Origin: an uncultured bacterium
GTDB lineage: Bacteria > CAYUVA01
Direction: 5' to 3'
DNA length: 49,141 bases
NCBI GenBank assembly: GCA_964448115.1
Contig: CAYUVA010000029.1
Location: 7,125 to 56,265, forward strand
Part shown: one piece after another, positions 37,819-48,205 of the stretch
Layout of the letters: the number at the start of each line of letters is the position of its first letter
Numbering within the stretch: the stretch's first letter is position 1
Notes under the pieces: model-generated
The model's database searches: none
The model's input: the letters and a program-made list of their open reading frames with translations, nothing else
Told to the model about the DNA's origin: nothing
Program-made: the position numbers and the translations under genes

Positions 37819-38571
37819 TCAACCCAGGTCGCCGAAGCGATTCTGTAGAATTGCGGTCAAGGTTATTGCCGCGGTCTCTGCCCGTAATATCCTCGATCCC
37901 AGGTTTACCGCCTCGAATCCATTTTTGAAAGCAGCCGCTATCTCACTGGCAGAAAAATCCCCCTCGGGACCGATTGCTACTAGGCATGAATTGGGAGCTT
38001 GCATCCTGGTTAGAGCTTCATTCAAAGATTGACCGGCAGTAGCTGTTGCAATCAGTTTCAGCTCGATCGACTGGGATTCCTCCAGGAAGTGCTCCCAGCT
38101 TATCGCCTTACGCAATCTCGGAATTGTCGCCCTGCCGCACTGCCTGGTAGCCTCGATGATGATCCGCTCCCAGCGCCTACCCTTAGCCTCCTTAAATCCT
38201 CGCCCGGAAGGTACCTGCGAGTTATCCGTGATTACTGGGATCAGCTCGCTTATTCCCAGTTCGACACACCTTTGGATGATCATCTCCATTTTAGTAGCCT
38301 TTAGCACTGCTTGTGCCAGAATCAGCCTTAGCGGCGATTCGGGGATCGGCTCCAGGTTATCAATAATCCTTCCATAGGCGGTGTGTTTGCCGGTTTTAGT
38401 GAGCCTGACAAGATACTCCTTGCCTTTGCCATCGAATACGCAGACCATATCCCCAGCCTTCAAGTGGAGCACCTTGCTCAGATGCCAGACTGCTGGAGGG
38501 GTGAACTCGATGATTCCCTTCTCGATGCGATGTCCGGGAGTATAGAATCTATATTTGGGTCTTCTATCCAT
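37819..38571 (-). CDS. rsmE: 16S rRNA (uracil1498-N3)-methyltransferase.
   Basis: N-terminus RFYTPGH...I.L....WHL.KVLHLKAGD is typical of RsmE. C-terminal SPOUT motif LVAIGPEGDFSASE. Confidence 0.8.
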   Translation of the reverse strand: MDRRPKYRFYTPGHRIEKGIIEFTPPAVWHLSKVLHLKAGDMVCVFDGKGKEYLVRLTKTGKHTAYGRIIDNLEPIPESPLRLILAQAVLKATKMEMIIQRCVELGISELIPVITDNSQVPSGRGFKEAKGRRWERIIIEATRQCGRATIPRLRKAISWEHFLEESQSIELKLIATATAGQSLNEALTRMQAPNSCLVAIGPEGDFSASEIAAAFKNGFEAVNLGSRILRAETAAITLTAILQNRFGDLG

Positions 38572-39896
38572 CCTCTTTTGGCTAGCTCAATAATCACCTC
38601 CCCGGCAAAGTAAAGAGACCCGGCAAAGATATGCAAGCCAGGCTCTTTATTTTGCTTTATCCTTTCGAGGATCTGGGACAACTGCTCAAAGCGAGCGTTA
38701 CTGCCAAGCTCTGAGATATAAGCCTCCCTTGGCTTAGCACGGGGATTTTTCATCACGATAAATGCGCTATCATCCATGTTGGCTGCAAGTGCCTCCATGA
38801 AGGGGAGTATCTTTTTCTCCCTGGAGAATGCCAGGTAATACCGAACATTCTTATCATCCTTGAATGCCTCGATATGCTCCCTAAGAGCGGCGGCTGCGGA
38901 TCGATTATGCGCTCCATCTATGATCAAGATGTTGTTTGCGTTGCCATCGTTGAGTTTAGTACATTGCAGCCTCCCCAACCAGTGGACATGTTCCATTCCA
39001 TTTATTACTGAATCTTCGGTTATGCTCCAGCCTTTATCCTGCAAATACAGGCAAGCTCGAATAGCTAAAAGTGCATTGCCGAGTTGTCGATTACCAGCCA
39101 GGGATAGCCTAAAGGCAAAGGTCTGTCCGCTTTGGCGATCCGAGATGCTGATCAACTGGGAATCCAATAGTTGTCTGTGTTCATTGATTTTTAATCTTTC
39201 ATCCGGGAAAAGGATGGGAGAATTGGTCTCTTGACACCTTGAATATACCTGGTCGAGCACGGTCTTGGGCTGTCTATTGATGATCACGGGAGCATTCGGC
39301 TTGATTATACCTGCCTTCTCACCGGCGATCTCTTCTATCCTGTCGCCTAGGATCTCTGTATGATCCAAGCCTATCTCGGTGATGATGCTCAATATGGGTT
39401 GTATCACATTGGTCGAATCTAGCCTTCCGCCTAATCCGACCTCGATAATGGCTATGTCAACCTCGCTGCGCCTGAAATGCTCGAATGCCAGCGCGGTCAT
39501 CAAGGTAAAGACGGTTCTATAATCGGTCAATTGACCTACCTGTTCGCTCCCTGCCATGAGCATCTCGGTGATGGAGCAAAACTGGTCTATCGATATCGGG
39601 ATGCCGTCTATGGTAAATCTCTCCCTGACATCGAACAGGTGAGGAGATGTGAATGCACCTGTTTTGTAACCTGCCTGGGAGAGGATGCTTTGCAACATGG
39701 CGACCACCGAGCCTTTACCATTGGTGCCGGCTACATGGATTTTGGGGTAGTTGTTCTGTGGATCTCGCAATCGCTTAAGGTATGTGGAAAATTCTCTTAG
39801 GCTTCGGTCAGTAACCTCGACCTTGAAGCGAAAGCGATCGATCTCCAGGTTGGTATGGCGGTACAGGTAATCAAGCGCGCTTTGGTAGCTGATCAT
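38478..39896 (-). CDS. folC: Bifunctional folylpolyglutamate synthase / dihydrofolate synthase.
   Basis: Mur-ligase P-loop HVAGTNGKGSV, IIEVGLGGRLDSTNV and DGAHN motifs. Its 3' end overlaps the rsmE start by about 90 bp. Confidence 0.85.
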   Translation of the reverse strand: MISYQSALDYLYRHTNLEIDRFRFKVEVTDRSLREFSTYLKRLRDPQNNYPKIHVAGTNGKGSVVAMLQSILSQAGYKTGAFTSPHLFDVRERFTIDGIPISIDQFCSITEMLMAGSEQVGQLTDYRTVFTLMTALAFEHFRRSEVDIAIIEVGLGGRLDSTNVIQPILSIITEIGLDHTEILGDRIEEIAGEKAGIIKPNAPVIINRQPKTVLDQVYSRCQETNSPILFPDERLKINEHRQLLDSQLISISDRQSGQTFAFRLSLAGNRQLGNALLAIRACLYLQDKGWSITEDSVINGMEHVHWLGRLQCTKLNDGNANNILIIDGAHNRSAAAALREHIEAFKDDKNVRYYLAFSREKKILPFMEALAANMDDSAFIVMKNPRAKPREAYISELGSNARFEQLSQILERIKQNKEPGLHIFAGSLYFAGEVIIELAKRGWIEDPNIDSILPDIASRRESSSSPLQQSGI

Positions 39897-40291
39897 CGCC
39901 CATCTTCGTTATTTTCAAATCCTAGCTCCTTCAACTCCACCATCCTGCCAGAAGCCCAAAGATCCTCCAAAGCATAGTATTCCCTCGCTTCCTCCAGGAA
40001 TATGTGGATGACCATATCTCCATAATCGATCAGGATCCAGTAGCCATGTTCGTATCCCTCTACATGGTACGGTCTAGTTTCTCGATTCTCTTTAAGGGTT
40101 TCTACGATATGGTCTGCAATCGCCTGCGTCTGCCTGGTGGATAAGCCGCTGGTTATAATAAAGTAGTCTGTGAAATCGACCAGGTCTGATATATCAATGA
40201 CTAAGGGATTCTGCGCTTTTTTAGCCATCATGGCGCTGAGGGTTTGCCTGACCAGCTCTTGTGTCTCGACATCGTGCCTTGCTATGTTCAT
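39893..40291 (-). CDS. rsfS: Ribosome silencing factor (Iojap family).
   Basis: KKAQNPLVIDISDLVDFTDYFIITSGLSTRQTQAIADHI is the conserved RsfS core. It sits downstream of nadD as in most bacteria. Confidence 0.85.
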   Translation of the reverse strand: MNIARHDVETQELVRQTLSAMMAKKAQNPLVIDISDLVDFTDYFIITSGLSTRQTQAIADHIVETLKENRETRPYHVEGYEHGYWILIDYGDMVIHIFLEEAREYYALEDLWASGRMVELKELGFENNEDGR

Positions 40292-40986
40292 TTGCCTCCC
40301 TTAATGTAAAGTTCGTTATCTAGCAGGTACTTCTCAACCAGTGTGGGGGTGAGATACCTTATGGAGACTGCTGAGCGCAGCCGTTTTCTTATCTCCGTGG
40401 AGCTTATCTCTATACCGATTATCGGTAAAAAGTGGATGCTATGATCGTTTTTACCACTGATACTTAGATATCTGCCTGTATCCTTAGCTTCATTAGGGTT
40501 GAATAAAGGCTTCAAATCTCTGTCTATAACCGATAAAAATCGGTCCGGGGAGCTATTTATGCCTCGGCTAGTAATTATAAAATCGCAGTGATCGAAAAGC
40601 TCTTCATACTTGTACCATGTCCTTATCTCCTCGAAGGCATCCAATCCCATGATAAAATATTGGCAATAAGAGTTATGCTTCCCCTCGAAGTATTTAATGG
40701 TATCAATCGAGTAGGATATGTATCCTTTTTTTATCTCGTAATCGGAGACCTGGAAATACGGATTATCAGCCACTGCGATCTCAGTCATCCGCAGCCTATG
40801 CGTGGCATCGAGCAACCTGGCGGCATTTTTGTGTGGCGGATTAGCACAGGGAATGAATATGACCTTTTGCAGCTCAAACGCGTTCCTAGTTTCTTCGGCT
40901 TGGACGAGGTGTCCATAGTGTATCGGGTTGAATGAACCTCCCAGAAGTCCGATACGCCCTTCTTTTGCAGAATTACCCGAAAACAA
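40288..40986 (-). CDS. nadD: Nicotinate-nucleotide adenylyltransferase.
   Basis: IGLLGGSFNPIHYGHL (HxGH nucleotidyltransferase motif) and SSTEIRKRL (ISSTxIR) motif. Confidence 0.85.
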   Translation of the reverse strand: MFSGNSAKEGRIGLLGGSFNPIHYGHLVQAEETRNAFELQKVIFIPCANPPHKNAARLLDATHRLRMTEIAVADNPYFQVSDYEIKKGYISYSIDTIKYFEGKHNSYCQYFIMGLDAFEEIRTWYKYEELFDHCDFIITSRGINSSPDRFLSVIDRDLKPLFNPNEAKDTGRYLSISGKNDHSIHFLPIIGIEISSTEIRKRLRSAVSIRYLTPTLVEKYLLDNELYIKGGK

Positions 40987-41106
40987 GTTATTTAATAGTC
41001 GCTCCTTTGGATGGAAAGAGAAATTGGCGCGAATACACAGATATTGACCTATGCCGATTCTGATCGACTGAGCTAAGCCGGTTTATATACTGTTTAGATA
41101 TCCAGG

Positions 41107-41373
41107 TCACCCCGCAGTTATCTCGGTAACCAATCTTAGCGTATCACCGCTGTTAACCCCGGCTGAGGAGAGGGTCTCGTTTCCAAGTAGCTGTCGCCCG
41201 CTCTCCTTGTGGATCAGCTTATAGTTCAGCCTCCCCCCGGCATCGCTCAAGGGTAGCTCGAGCTGCTCGATGAGCAATGGAATGATACTTTTTATCTCCA
41301 CATCGTCGGAGATCTCGACTAGTTCCCTTTTGCTCTCGTATTGGTCGGTCAAAACAACCTGTATATCAGCCAT
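41107..41373 (-). CDS. Small ubiquitin-like (beta-grasp) protein.
   Basis: 88 aa. The C-terminal half GRQLLGNETLSSAGVNSGDTLRLVTEITAG parallels ubiquitin [30 protein letters not shown] but ends in AG. It lies directly downstream of a Zn-ribbon protein. Confidence 0.45.
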   Translation of the reverse strand: MADIQVVLTDQYESKRELVEISDDVEIKSIIPLLIEQLELPLSDAGGRLNYKLIHKESGRQLLGNETLSSAGVNSGDTLRLVTEITAG

Positions 41374-41410
41374 ATCTATGCTTCCTTTTTATTTAGGTTT
41401 TTTTTATATA

Positions 41411-41896
41411 TCATCCTGTGCTGAGCTTGTCTCGGAGATAAATCTTAACCTTATTCTCCACCGCCGGAGATAGCGAAAGGCTGCTATTATCCCGTAAAAG
41501 ATCCCTAAGTTCCTTGGCTTGTTCCAAGGTAAGATCCTGGTCGGTGATGATAAGATGCACATATTTCTTGATGATTTGATTGGTCTGTAGTCGTTTGATG
41601 AGAGCTTTTTCCTTCTGTTTGCCATTGCATCCAGGTCTAGCGCAGCGATCTATAGCTAGCCAGCAATTATCATCTCCCCCACGGTCATGATAATAAAGGG
41701 TGCATCCATCGCCGGGGCACTTCACCGCCATCCGATTCTCCGGGGCGGTAAAGTCCTCTCGGCACACCGGGCAGATCATGTGCCTATGCTCCTTGGGAAC
41801 CCTGGTTGTAAGAGCATAGTAATCCTTCTTGCTGCTTTTACTTTTGTTTATGAGCTGGTTGAAAATCTCGTTCAGCTTGTCCTTTTCTTTAGCCAT
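41411..41896 (-). CDS. Hypothetical zinc-ribbon protein.
   Basis: CPVCREDF...(17 aa)...CPGDGC plus C..C.RPGC. Basic N-terminus. No recognisable enzymatic motifs. Confidence 0.45.
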   Translation of the reverse strand: MAKEKDKLNEIFNQLINKSKSSKKDYYALTTRVPKEHRHMICPVCREDFTAPENRMAVKCPGDGCTLYYHDRGGDDNCWLAIDRCARPGCNGKQKEKALIKRLQTNQIIKKYVHLIITDQDLTLEQAKELRDLLRDNSSLSLSPAVENKVKIYLRDKLSTG

Positions 41897-42079
41897 TTTC
41901 GTGAAAAAAGATTCAACACCTCATCAGTTCCTCATATCACAATTTACTCTTACATGATAATAATTCCAGTGAAAAAGTCAAAATATTTCTCTGTCTTAAT
42001 ATGTGAGCTAGCAAATCGTATTTTAAGCAATTGCTAAGCCAATCATAGTTTCTAGCATAAATCATTCAATTTTGCTATC

Positions 42080-44509
42080 TTGAGTCAAGTCAAGATGAAG
42101 AAAAGTATATTTGAAGCACTAAAGGAAAGCATCCTGGTAAGCGACGGTGCCATGGGGACCATGCTGCAAAAGATCGGCTTCGATGCCGATATCCCACCGG
42201 ACTATCTATGCATCAAGGATCCTGACAAGGTTAAGAAGGTACATCGCGGATACTTAAATGCCGGGGCAGTGCTGATAATAACCAATACCTTTGGCGCTAA
42301 TCGATTCAAGCTCAGCAATTACTCGCTTGAAAACCAGGTATCCAAGATCAACCATGCAGCGGTAAAATTAGCCAGAGAAGCGGTGCAAGATAAGGCATTC
42401 CTGCTTGGAGACATTGGCTCATTGGGTAAGATGCTCATTCCGCTGGGTGAGATCTCCTTCGATCAAGCCTTCGAGGCTTTCAGGGAGCAGGCATTAGCCC
42501 TGGAACAAGCCGGGGTCGATGGATTCATCATAGAGACCATCTCTGAAATTCTGGAGCTTAAGGCAGCGATCATAGCGGTCAGAAGCATCTCTGATAAGCT
42601 GCTTATCTCCAGCATGACCTTCGATACAAATGGGAGATCCCTTAGCGGCACTGATCCGCGATCTTACGCGATAACTGCCGAAGCCAGTGGCGCTGATATC
42701 ATAGGTGCCAACTGTGGAATGGGGCCAGATGCTATGGAGGGGATCGTACTTGAGCTTAGAGGAGCTACCTCGCTGCCGATAATGGCTCAACCGAACGCTG
42801 GATTGCCAATTCTTGATCAAAATGGAGAGACGGTCTGGCAGATGGATGCACCTCAGTTCGCCGAGATCACCGCTAGATTGGTCGAAAAAGGCGCCAATAT
42901 AGTCGGCGGATGCTGTGGAACCACCTGGGAGCATATCAGGGAGCTGAGCGAGCGGGTTAAGCATCTTGGACCAATATACCTGGAGCATTACCCATTGCTA
43001 AATGTTACCAGCAGAACTAAATCTCATAGCATCGGCAAGGGGCTTCCTTTTACAATAATCGGCGAAAGGATAAATGCCACCGGCAGGAAGAAGCTCTCCG
43101 AGGAGATACTTGAATATCGAATGGACATGGTACGCCAGGAAGGGATCGCCCAGGCTAATGCAGGCGCACATCTGCTCGATGTAAACATGGGAGTGCCGGG
43201 CATCGATGAGCCAAAGGCGATGACCAAAGCGGTGCTTGCATTGTCGGGAGCGGTTGACTTGCCCTTGGCTATCGACTCCATTGCCCCCGACACCCTGGAG
43301 GCAGCCCTGAAGGTCTATCCGGGGAGACCACTTATAAACTCGATAAGCGCAGAAAATAAGAAGCTGGTGCAGCTTTTACCCCTGGCAAAGAAATACGGCG
43401 CAGCATTCATCGGGCTTACCATCGATGATAGGGGACTTCCTGACTCCGCGCAGGATCGGCTGAATAAAGCACAGACTATCATAGAGGCGGCAAAAGAATA
43501 CGGGCTTGATCATACGGATATAATGATCGATCCCGTGGTACTTACCGTCGGCTCAAGCCAACGGCAGGCTATGGAGACTCTCAAGGCAGTTGAGCTTATC
43601 AACCAGCACCTCGGCATCGCCACATCACTAGGGATTAGCAATATCAGCTTCGGCTTGCCCAATCGAGGGCTAATAACTCGAACCTTTGCTTCTATGGCAC
43701 TCGCTTACGGACTGGCCGCCGGGATAGTGAATCCACTGGATGGAGAGCTTATGGACATACTGCTTGCCGCCCAAGTACTCAGTGGCATTGATCACAAGGC
43801 TCAAAGATACATCAAGGCTTATTCAGTAAAGGGTACTAAACAGCTAGAGATGACTAAATCAGGGGCTAGGAAAACCAAGCCAGCTTCCATGCTATACAAG
43901 GCGGTGCTTAATGGAGACCCGGATGGAGCTGTATCACTTGCCAAACAACTGATCGATAGCGGTGAACAACCGCTTGAACTTATAAATCGAGTCATGATAC
44001 CCGCCATCGAAGAGGTGGGAAGGCGCTACGACAAGGGCGAGTACTTCCTTCCCCAATTGATGATGGGAGCCGATGCCATGAGAGCTGCCTTCAGGCTGCT
44101 CAAACCTCTGCTGGCAACACAAGACAAGGAGTACAAGGGCAAAGGAAAGATCGTCCTGGCAACCGTCAAGGGCGATATTCACGACATTGGCAAAAATATA
44201 GTCTCCGTTCTGCTACAAAACAATGGATTCGTGGTCATCGATCTCGGTAAGGATATACCAGCAGAAATGATACTCGAATCTTTAGAACGCGAGGAGCCAG
44301 ATATCCTCGGCTTGAGCGCCCTGATGACCACCACATTACCTGCTATGTATCAGACCATTTCGCAGGTTAAGCAAAAAAAACCTGATGTTATGGTAATGGT
44401 GGGCGGAGCCGTGGTTACAGAGTCTTATGCCAAGAGGATCGGAGCAGATGGCTATGGAAAAAACGCCACCGAGGCTGTAAAAGTGGCTAAAAAACTATTG
44501 AAACTATAA
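42080..44509 (+). CDS. metH: Cobalamin-dependent methionine synthase. It has Hcy-binding, pterin-binding, B12-cap and B12-binding domains but lacks the C-terminal AdoMet reactivation domain.
   Basis: GAMGTMLQ and GANCG...GGCCGTT (Hcy S-methyltransferase). DVNMG pterin-binding domain. DxHxxG-type B12 motif GDIHDIGKNIV with SALMTTT. 809 aa, versus about 1230 aa for full-length MetH. Confidence 0.9.
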   Translation: MSQVKMKKSIFEALKESILVSDGAMGTMLQKIGFDADIPPDYLCIKDPDKVKKVHRGYLNAGAVLIITNTFGANRFKLSNYSLENQVSKINHAAVKLAREAVQDKAFLLGDIGSLGKMLIPLGEISFDQAFEAFREQALALEQAGVDGFIIETISEILELKAAIIAVRSISDKLLISSMTFDTNGRSLSGTDPRSYAITAEASGADIIGANCGMGPDAMEGIVLELRGATSLPIMAQPNAGLPILDQNGETVWQMDAPQFAEITARLVEKGANIVGGCCGTTWEHIRELSERVKHLGPIYLEHYPLLNVTSRTKSHSIGKGLPFTIIGERINATGRKKLSEEILEYRMDMVRQEGIAQANAGAHLLDVNMGVPGIDEPKAMTKAVLALSGAVDLPLAIDSIAPDTLEAALKVYPGRPLINSISAENKKLVQLLPLAKKYGAAFIGLTIDDRGLPDSAQDRLNKAQTIIEAAKEYGLDHTDIMIDPVVLTVGSSQRQAMETLKAVELINQHLGIATSLGISNISFGLPNRGLITRTFASMALAYGLAAGIVNPLDGELMDILLAAQVLSGIDHKAQRYIKAYSVKGTKQLEMTKSGARKTKPASMLYKAVLNGDPDGAVSLAKQLIDSGEQPLELINRVMIPAIEEVGRRYDKGEYFLPQLMMGADAMRAAFRLLKPLLATQDKEYKGKGKIVLATVKGDIHDIGKNIVSVLLQNNGFVVIDLGKDIPAEMILESLEREEPDILGLSALMTTTLPAMYQTISQVKQKKPDVMVMVGGAVVTESYAKRIGADGYGKNATEAVKVAKKLLKL

Positions 44510-44536
44510 TCTTTTATAATTTATAGGGATTTAGCA

Positions 44537-45496
44537 ATGGAAGAAAGATTCGGACTTAAGTACAACGGCGAAGGCAAGGCGTGGATCATCGATGGAAAGG
44601 CGATCTCCGATAGGATAAAGGAGGAGGTTAAACAACGCTTGGATTCTTTTATCCAAAGAAGCGACAGACCGGTCGGCATCGCAGCCATACTAGTCGGAGA
44701 TGATCCTGCAAGCAAGATGTACATGCGCATGAAGACAAAAGCCTGCGATAAACTAGGCTTCTTAAGCGAGACGATATACCTGGAGGAATCTACTGATTCC
44801 AACGAATTGTTGAAGACTATCGAGGAACTGGGCAAGAAAGACGAGATCGATGGCATCTTAGTTCAGCGTCCGCTCCCCCCGCATATCGATGCTTACAAGG
44901 TCTATGCCGCCATCCCAGCCGACAAGGACCCGGACTGCTTCAATCCGCAGAATGTCGCACGGTTGCTAACTAATCAATACTTCATTGCACCCGCGACACC
45001 TTACGGGATCATCCATGCCTTGAAGACAATAGGGATTCAGATCAACGGAGCAAGGGCAGTGGTGCTTGGGAGAAGCGATATAGTCGGAAAACCCATGGCT
45101 ATTTTACTCATGCACAATAACGCAACGGTTACTATATGCCATAGCCGGACAAGGGACATAGAGAATATCGCCAAGGAGGCAGATATACTGGTAGCTGCCA
45201 TGGGAAGGGCTTGCAAGGTAAATGGCAGTTGGATAAAGCAGGGGGCAACCGTCATCGATGTAGGAATAAACGAGGTTACTGACCCGGCAGCCATCGGAGA
45301 TATCATAATCCCCGACTCACCGAAGGCAAAACAGCTTAAGGAGAAGGGTTATACCATGGTTGGAGATGTCGATTTTGAGAGCGCACAGCTAGTCGCCGGT
45401 TGCCTGACCCCTGTGCCCGGTGGAGTCGGTCCACTGACCATCGCCACCCTGCTCGAAAATACGATGCTGCTTGCAGAACGAAGACTGGCTAACTGA
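44537..45496 (+). CDS. folD: Bifunctional 5,10-methylene-tetrahydrofolate dehydrogenase / cyclohydrolase.
   Basis: IIDGKAISDRIKEEV, LVGDDPASKMYMRMKTKAC, GILVQRPLP, VLGRSDIVGKPMA, TPVPGGVGPLTIATLLENT. Confidence 0.9.
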   Translation: MEERFGLKYNGEGKAWIIDGKAISDRIKEEVKQRLDSFIQRSDRPVGIAAILVGDDPASKMYMRMKTKACDKLGFLSETIYLEESTDSNELLKTIEELGKKDEIDGILVQRPLPPHIDAYKVYAAIPADKDPDCFNPQNVARLLTNQYFIAPATPYGIIHALKTIGIQINGARAVVLGRSDIVGKPMAILLMHNNATVTICHSRTRDIENIAKEADILVAAMGRACKVNGSWIKQGATVIDVGINEVTDPAAIGDIIIPDSPKAKQLKEKGYTMVGDVDFESAQLVAGCLTPVPGGVGPLTIATLLENTMLLAERRLAN

Positions 45497-45501
45497 ATTG
45501 A

Positions 45502-46245
45502 ATGATCGGGCTTATGTCTTTCCGTACCGTTTTTTTCGATCTTGATGGCACGCTGAGCGACTATACATCGGTGGTAAATCGCACGCTTGGGCTTATTTCA
45601 GATTATGCGAACAAACAAAACCCGGCAGTAGAGCAATCCCACTTCATTAAAGCATACTGGAAGTTGGTCGAGGAGATGGAGAATTTACAACGACAGGGCA
45701 CGATTGAGCAGAATCTACTCCTTGACCGTGAGTACCGCTTTGCTAAGACACTTGAGCTTATAGGAGCCCCCTCTTCCAAGCTAGCAAAAAAGTTAGCTGA
45801 TATATACTCGCAACAACGCTCCGGCAGCCCGATCCTGTTTGATGGTGTAAAGGAAACCTTGCAGTGGCTGAGGGGTAGGGCATCATTGGGCGTAATCTCC
45901 CAGGGAAGCGAGGATAAACAGGTTCGCCAACTGGAAAACTTAGGCATACTCGATTTCTTCGACCACCTGGTCATGACCGGCAAGGTGAAATTATACAAGC
46001 CGGATGATCGCCTATACCTTGAGGCAGCGAGAATTGCCAACAGCAAGCCGCAGGAATGCATCATGGTTGGCGACAGGCTCGATTGGGATATTGCTCCAGC
46101 TAAACGAGTAGGTATGATGACGATCCTGTTTACTGAGAATTCGCTTTACTATAATGAATTCTTAGATGATCTTGATGCAGCCGATCATATAGCAGAAGAT
46201 TACGATCAGGTGCTTGAGATCCTAAAGGAGACCCTGCGCGGCTAA
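45502..46245 (+). CDS. HAD-superfamily hydrolase.
   Basis: Motif I VFFDLDGTL, motif II GVISQGS, motif IV MVGDRLDWDI. Confidence 0.75.
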   Translation: MIGLMSFRTVFFDLDGTLSDYTSVVNRTLGLISDYANKQNPAVEQSHFIKAYWKLVEEMENLQRQGTIEQNLLLDREYRFAKTLELIGAPSSKLAKKLADIYSQQRSGSPILFDGVKETLQWLRGRASLGVISQGSEDKQVRQLENLGILDFFDHLVMTGKVKLYKPDDRLYLEAARIANSKPQECIMVGDRLDWDIAPAKRVGMMTILFTENSLYYNEFLDDLDAADHIAEDYDQVLEILKETLRG

Positions 46246-46255
46246 TGCTATAACT

Positions 46256-46624
46256 CTAATCTCCGAAGACCTTTATGGGTCTGTACGGATGTGTACCTTC
46301 TATAACAGGGACGCCTGCCTTTGCTTTGACCTTTGCAACAATCTCGTCCTTGTAGGGACAATTATCCACCAGGCAGGTCCCCAGGTGCACAGCATCTATT
46401 GTCTCGCCGGTCATGGACATCCAGGCTTTAAGGTTGGCAAGGCGTAGGACAGGAGAAGTCCCGGGGCATCCGCCGCAGTGTAGAAATGCGCGCAACTTGA
46501 CATCTCCATTCCCCTTGTAACGCTCGAACTCTCCTTCCTTCTTGTCAAAGCCCATCAGGCAACGATGACAGCCTATGCATGTTTCATCCTTAATGTTCTG
46601 GCAACTGAGTACTGCGATGTTCAT
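46256..46624 (-). CDS. CGGC-domain protein (small Cys-rich, putative metal-binding).
   Basis: HCGGCPG motif plus an N-terminal C...CIGCHRC cluster. 122 aa. Confidence 0.6.
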   Translation of the reverse strand: MNIAVLSCQNIKDETCIGCHRCLMGFDKKEGEFERYKGNGDVKLRAFLHCGGCPGTSPVLRLANLKAWMSMTGETIDAVHLGTCLVDNCPYKDEIVAKVKAKAGVPVIEGTHPYRPIKVFGD

Positions 46625-46661
46625 TTAAGCTAGCCTCCTTGATTCAATTCGAGATTCCCAT

Positions 46662-47960
46662 TTATTTCACTTCAAACTTGAAAACACGCAAACCAGGATA
46701 ATTGCACAATCCTTCTAGATCCTCCTCGATGCGCATGAACTCGTTATATTTGCAGGTGCGATCCGTCCGACTTAACGAGCCGGTCTTTACTTGTCCGGCA
46801 TTGGTTCCCACTGCCAGATCTACCAGGAATGTATCCTCGGTCTCCCCGGAGCGATGTGAGACCACGGTCGTATAGCCCGCTTCCTTTGCCATTTGGATGG
46901 TATCCAATGTCTCGGTTACGGTGCCGATCTGGTTGAGCTTGATCAGGATCGAGTTTGCGCAGCCCCCTTCGATGCCTTTGGATAATAGATGCGGATTGGT
47001 TACAAACAGGTCATCTCCCACCAGTTGAATCTTCTTGCCTAGTTTCTCAGTCAATAGCTGCCATCCCTCCCAGTCGTCCTCGTAAAGTCCATCCTCAATG
47101 CTTATCAGGCTAAACCTATCGACCCATCCAGCGTATATGTCGATAAGCTGCTGTGATGTAAGGTCCCGGCGAGCCCCACCGGTAAAGAACTTGTATATCT
47201 TTTGGTCCTTGTTATAGAAATGGTTGGCAGCGGCATCGATGGCAAGCCTTACCTGCTGTCCATAACTGTATCCGGCTTCGTTAACGGCATTTATTATGTA
47301 TTGGAAGACCTGCTCGCTGTCCTTCAGGTTGGGTGCAAATCCGCCCTCATCCCCGACGCTGGTGGATAGATTATCTTTCTTGAGGATCTTTTTTAATATA
47401 TGGAAGATCTCCGCTCCCCAGCGCACCGCCTCGATGAAGCTCTTGGCTCCCACGGGGACTATCATGAACTCCTGTATATCGATATCATTATCCGCATGTG
47501 CCCCGCCGTTTAAGACATTAAACATCGGCACCGGCATAACTTTAGCGTTGCACCCACCCAGGTAGCGGTAAAGTGGGATTCCGAGTAGATCGGCTGCTGC
47601 CCGCGCCGCAGCCATGGATACGCCGAGAATAGCGTTGGCTCCTAGCTTACTCTTGTTATCCGTGCCATCAAGATCCCTCATGGCGTGATCGAGTTCGACC
47701 TGCTCAAGAACATCCATGCCGAGGACCTGGGGCGCTATGACATTGGTAACATTATCGATCGCCTTGAGGACACCTTTGCCGGCGTATCGCCTGGGATCTC
47801 CATCTCTCAATTCAAGAGCCTCGTTTTCTCCGGTAGATGCGCCGGAGGGAACGATCGCCCTGCCGTAAGCGCCCGATGTGGTCGCCAGCTCGACCTCGAC
47901 GGTCGGATTACCCCTGGAATCGAGGACTTCCCTAGCATTTATATACTCAATAGTGCTCAT
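46662..47960 (-). CDS. eno: Enolase (phosphopyruvate hydratase).
   Basis: [25 protein letters not shown]-terminus. Conserved [10 protein letters not shown] and the [11 protein letters not shown] signature. Confidence 0.95.
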   Translation of the reverse strand: MSTIEYINAREVLDSRGNPTVEVELATTSGAYGRAIVPSGASTGENEALELRDGDPRRYAGKGVLKAIDNVTNVIAPQVLGMDVLEQVELDHAMRDLDGTDNKSKLGANAILGVSMAAARAAADLLGIPLYRYLGGCNAKVMPVPMFNVLNGGAHADNDIDIQEFMIVPVGAKSFIEAVRWGAEIFHILKKILKKDNLSTSVGDEGGFAPNLKDSEQVFQYIINAVNEAGYSYGQQVRLAIDAAANHFYNKDQKIYKFFTGGARRDLTSQQLIDIYAGWVDRFSLISIEDGLYEDDWEGWQLLTEKLGKKIQLVGDDLFVTNPHLLSKGIEGGCANSILIKLNQIGTVTETLDTIQMAKEAGYTTVVSHRSGETEDTFLVDLAVGTNAGQVKTGSLSRTDRTCKYNEFMRIEEDLEGLCNYPGLRVFKFEVK

Positions 47961-48205
47961 ATCTACCCCTTTGTTTTTAGGCTTCTTAGCATCGATTAAA
48001 GGTATCTCGGAACATTATTTTATATGGGGAAAAAAGTCAACCTTATACTTGGCGTCTTTGTCTTGTCTTTGTCGGGATCGTGTGATCCTGTTTCCTTATC
48101 TTAATTTGCAACCAGCTAAACACCAATTTATTTAATGCATCTGCCAGTTAATTTTGATATATTACAGCCTGTAAACATCATTATTAATTATCGAGGGAGA
48201 AGAAT

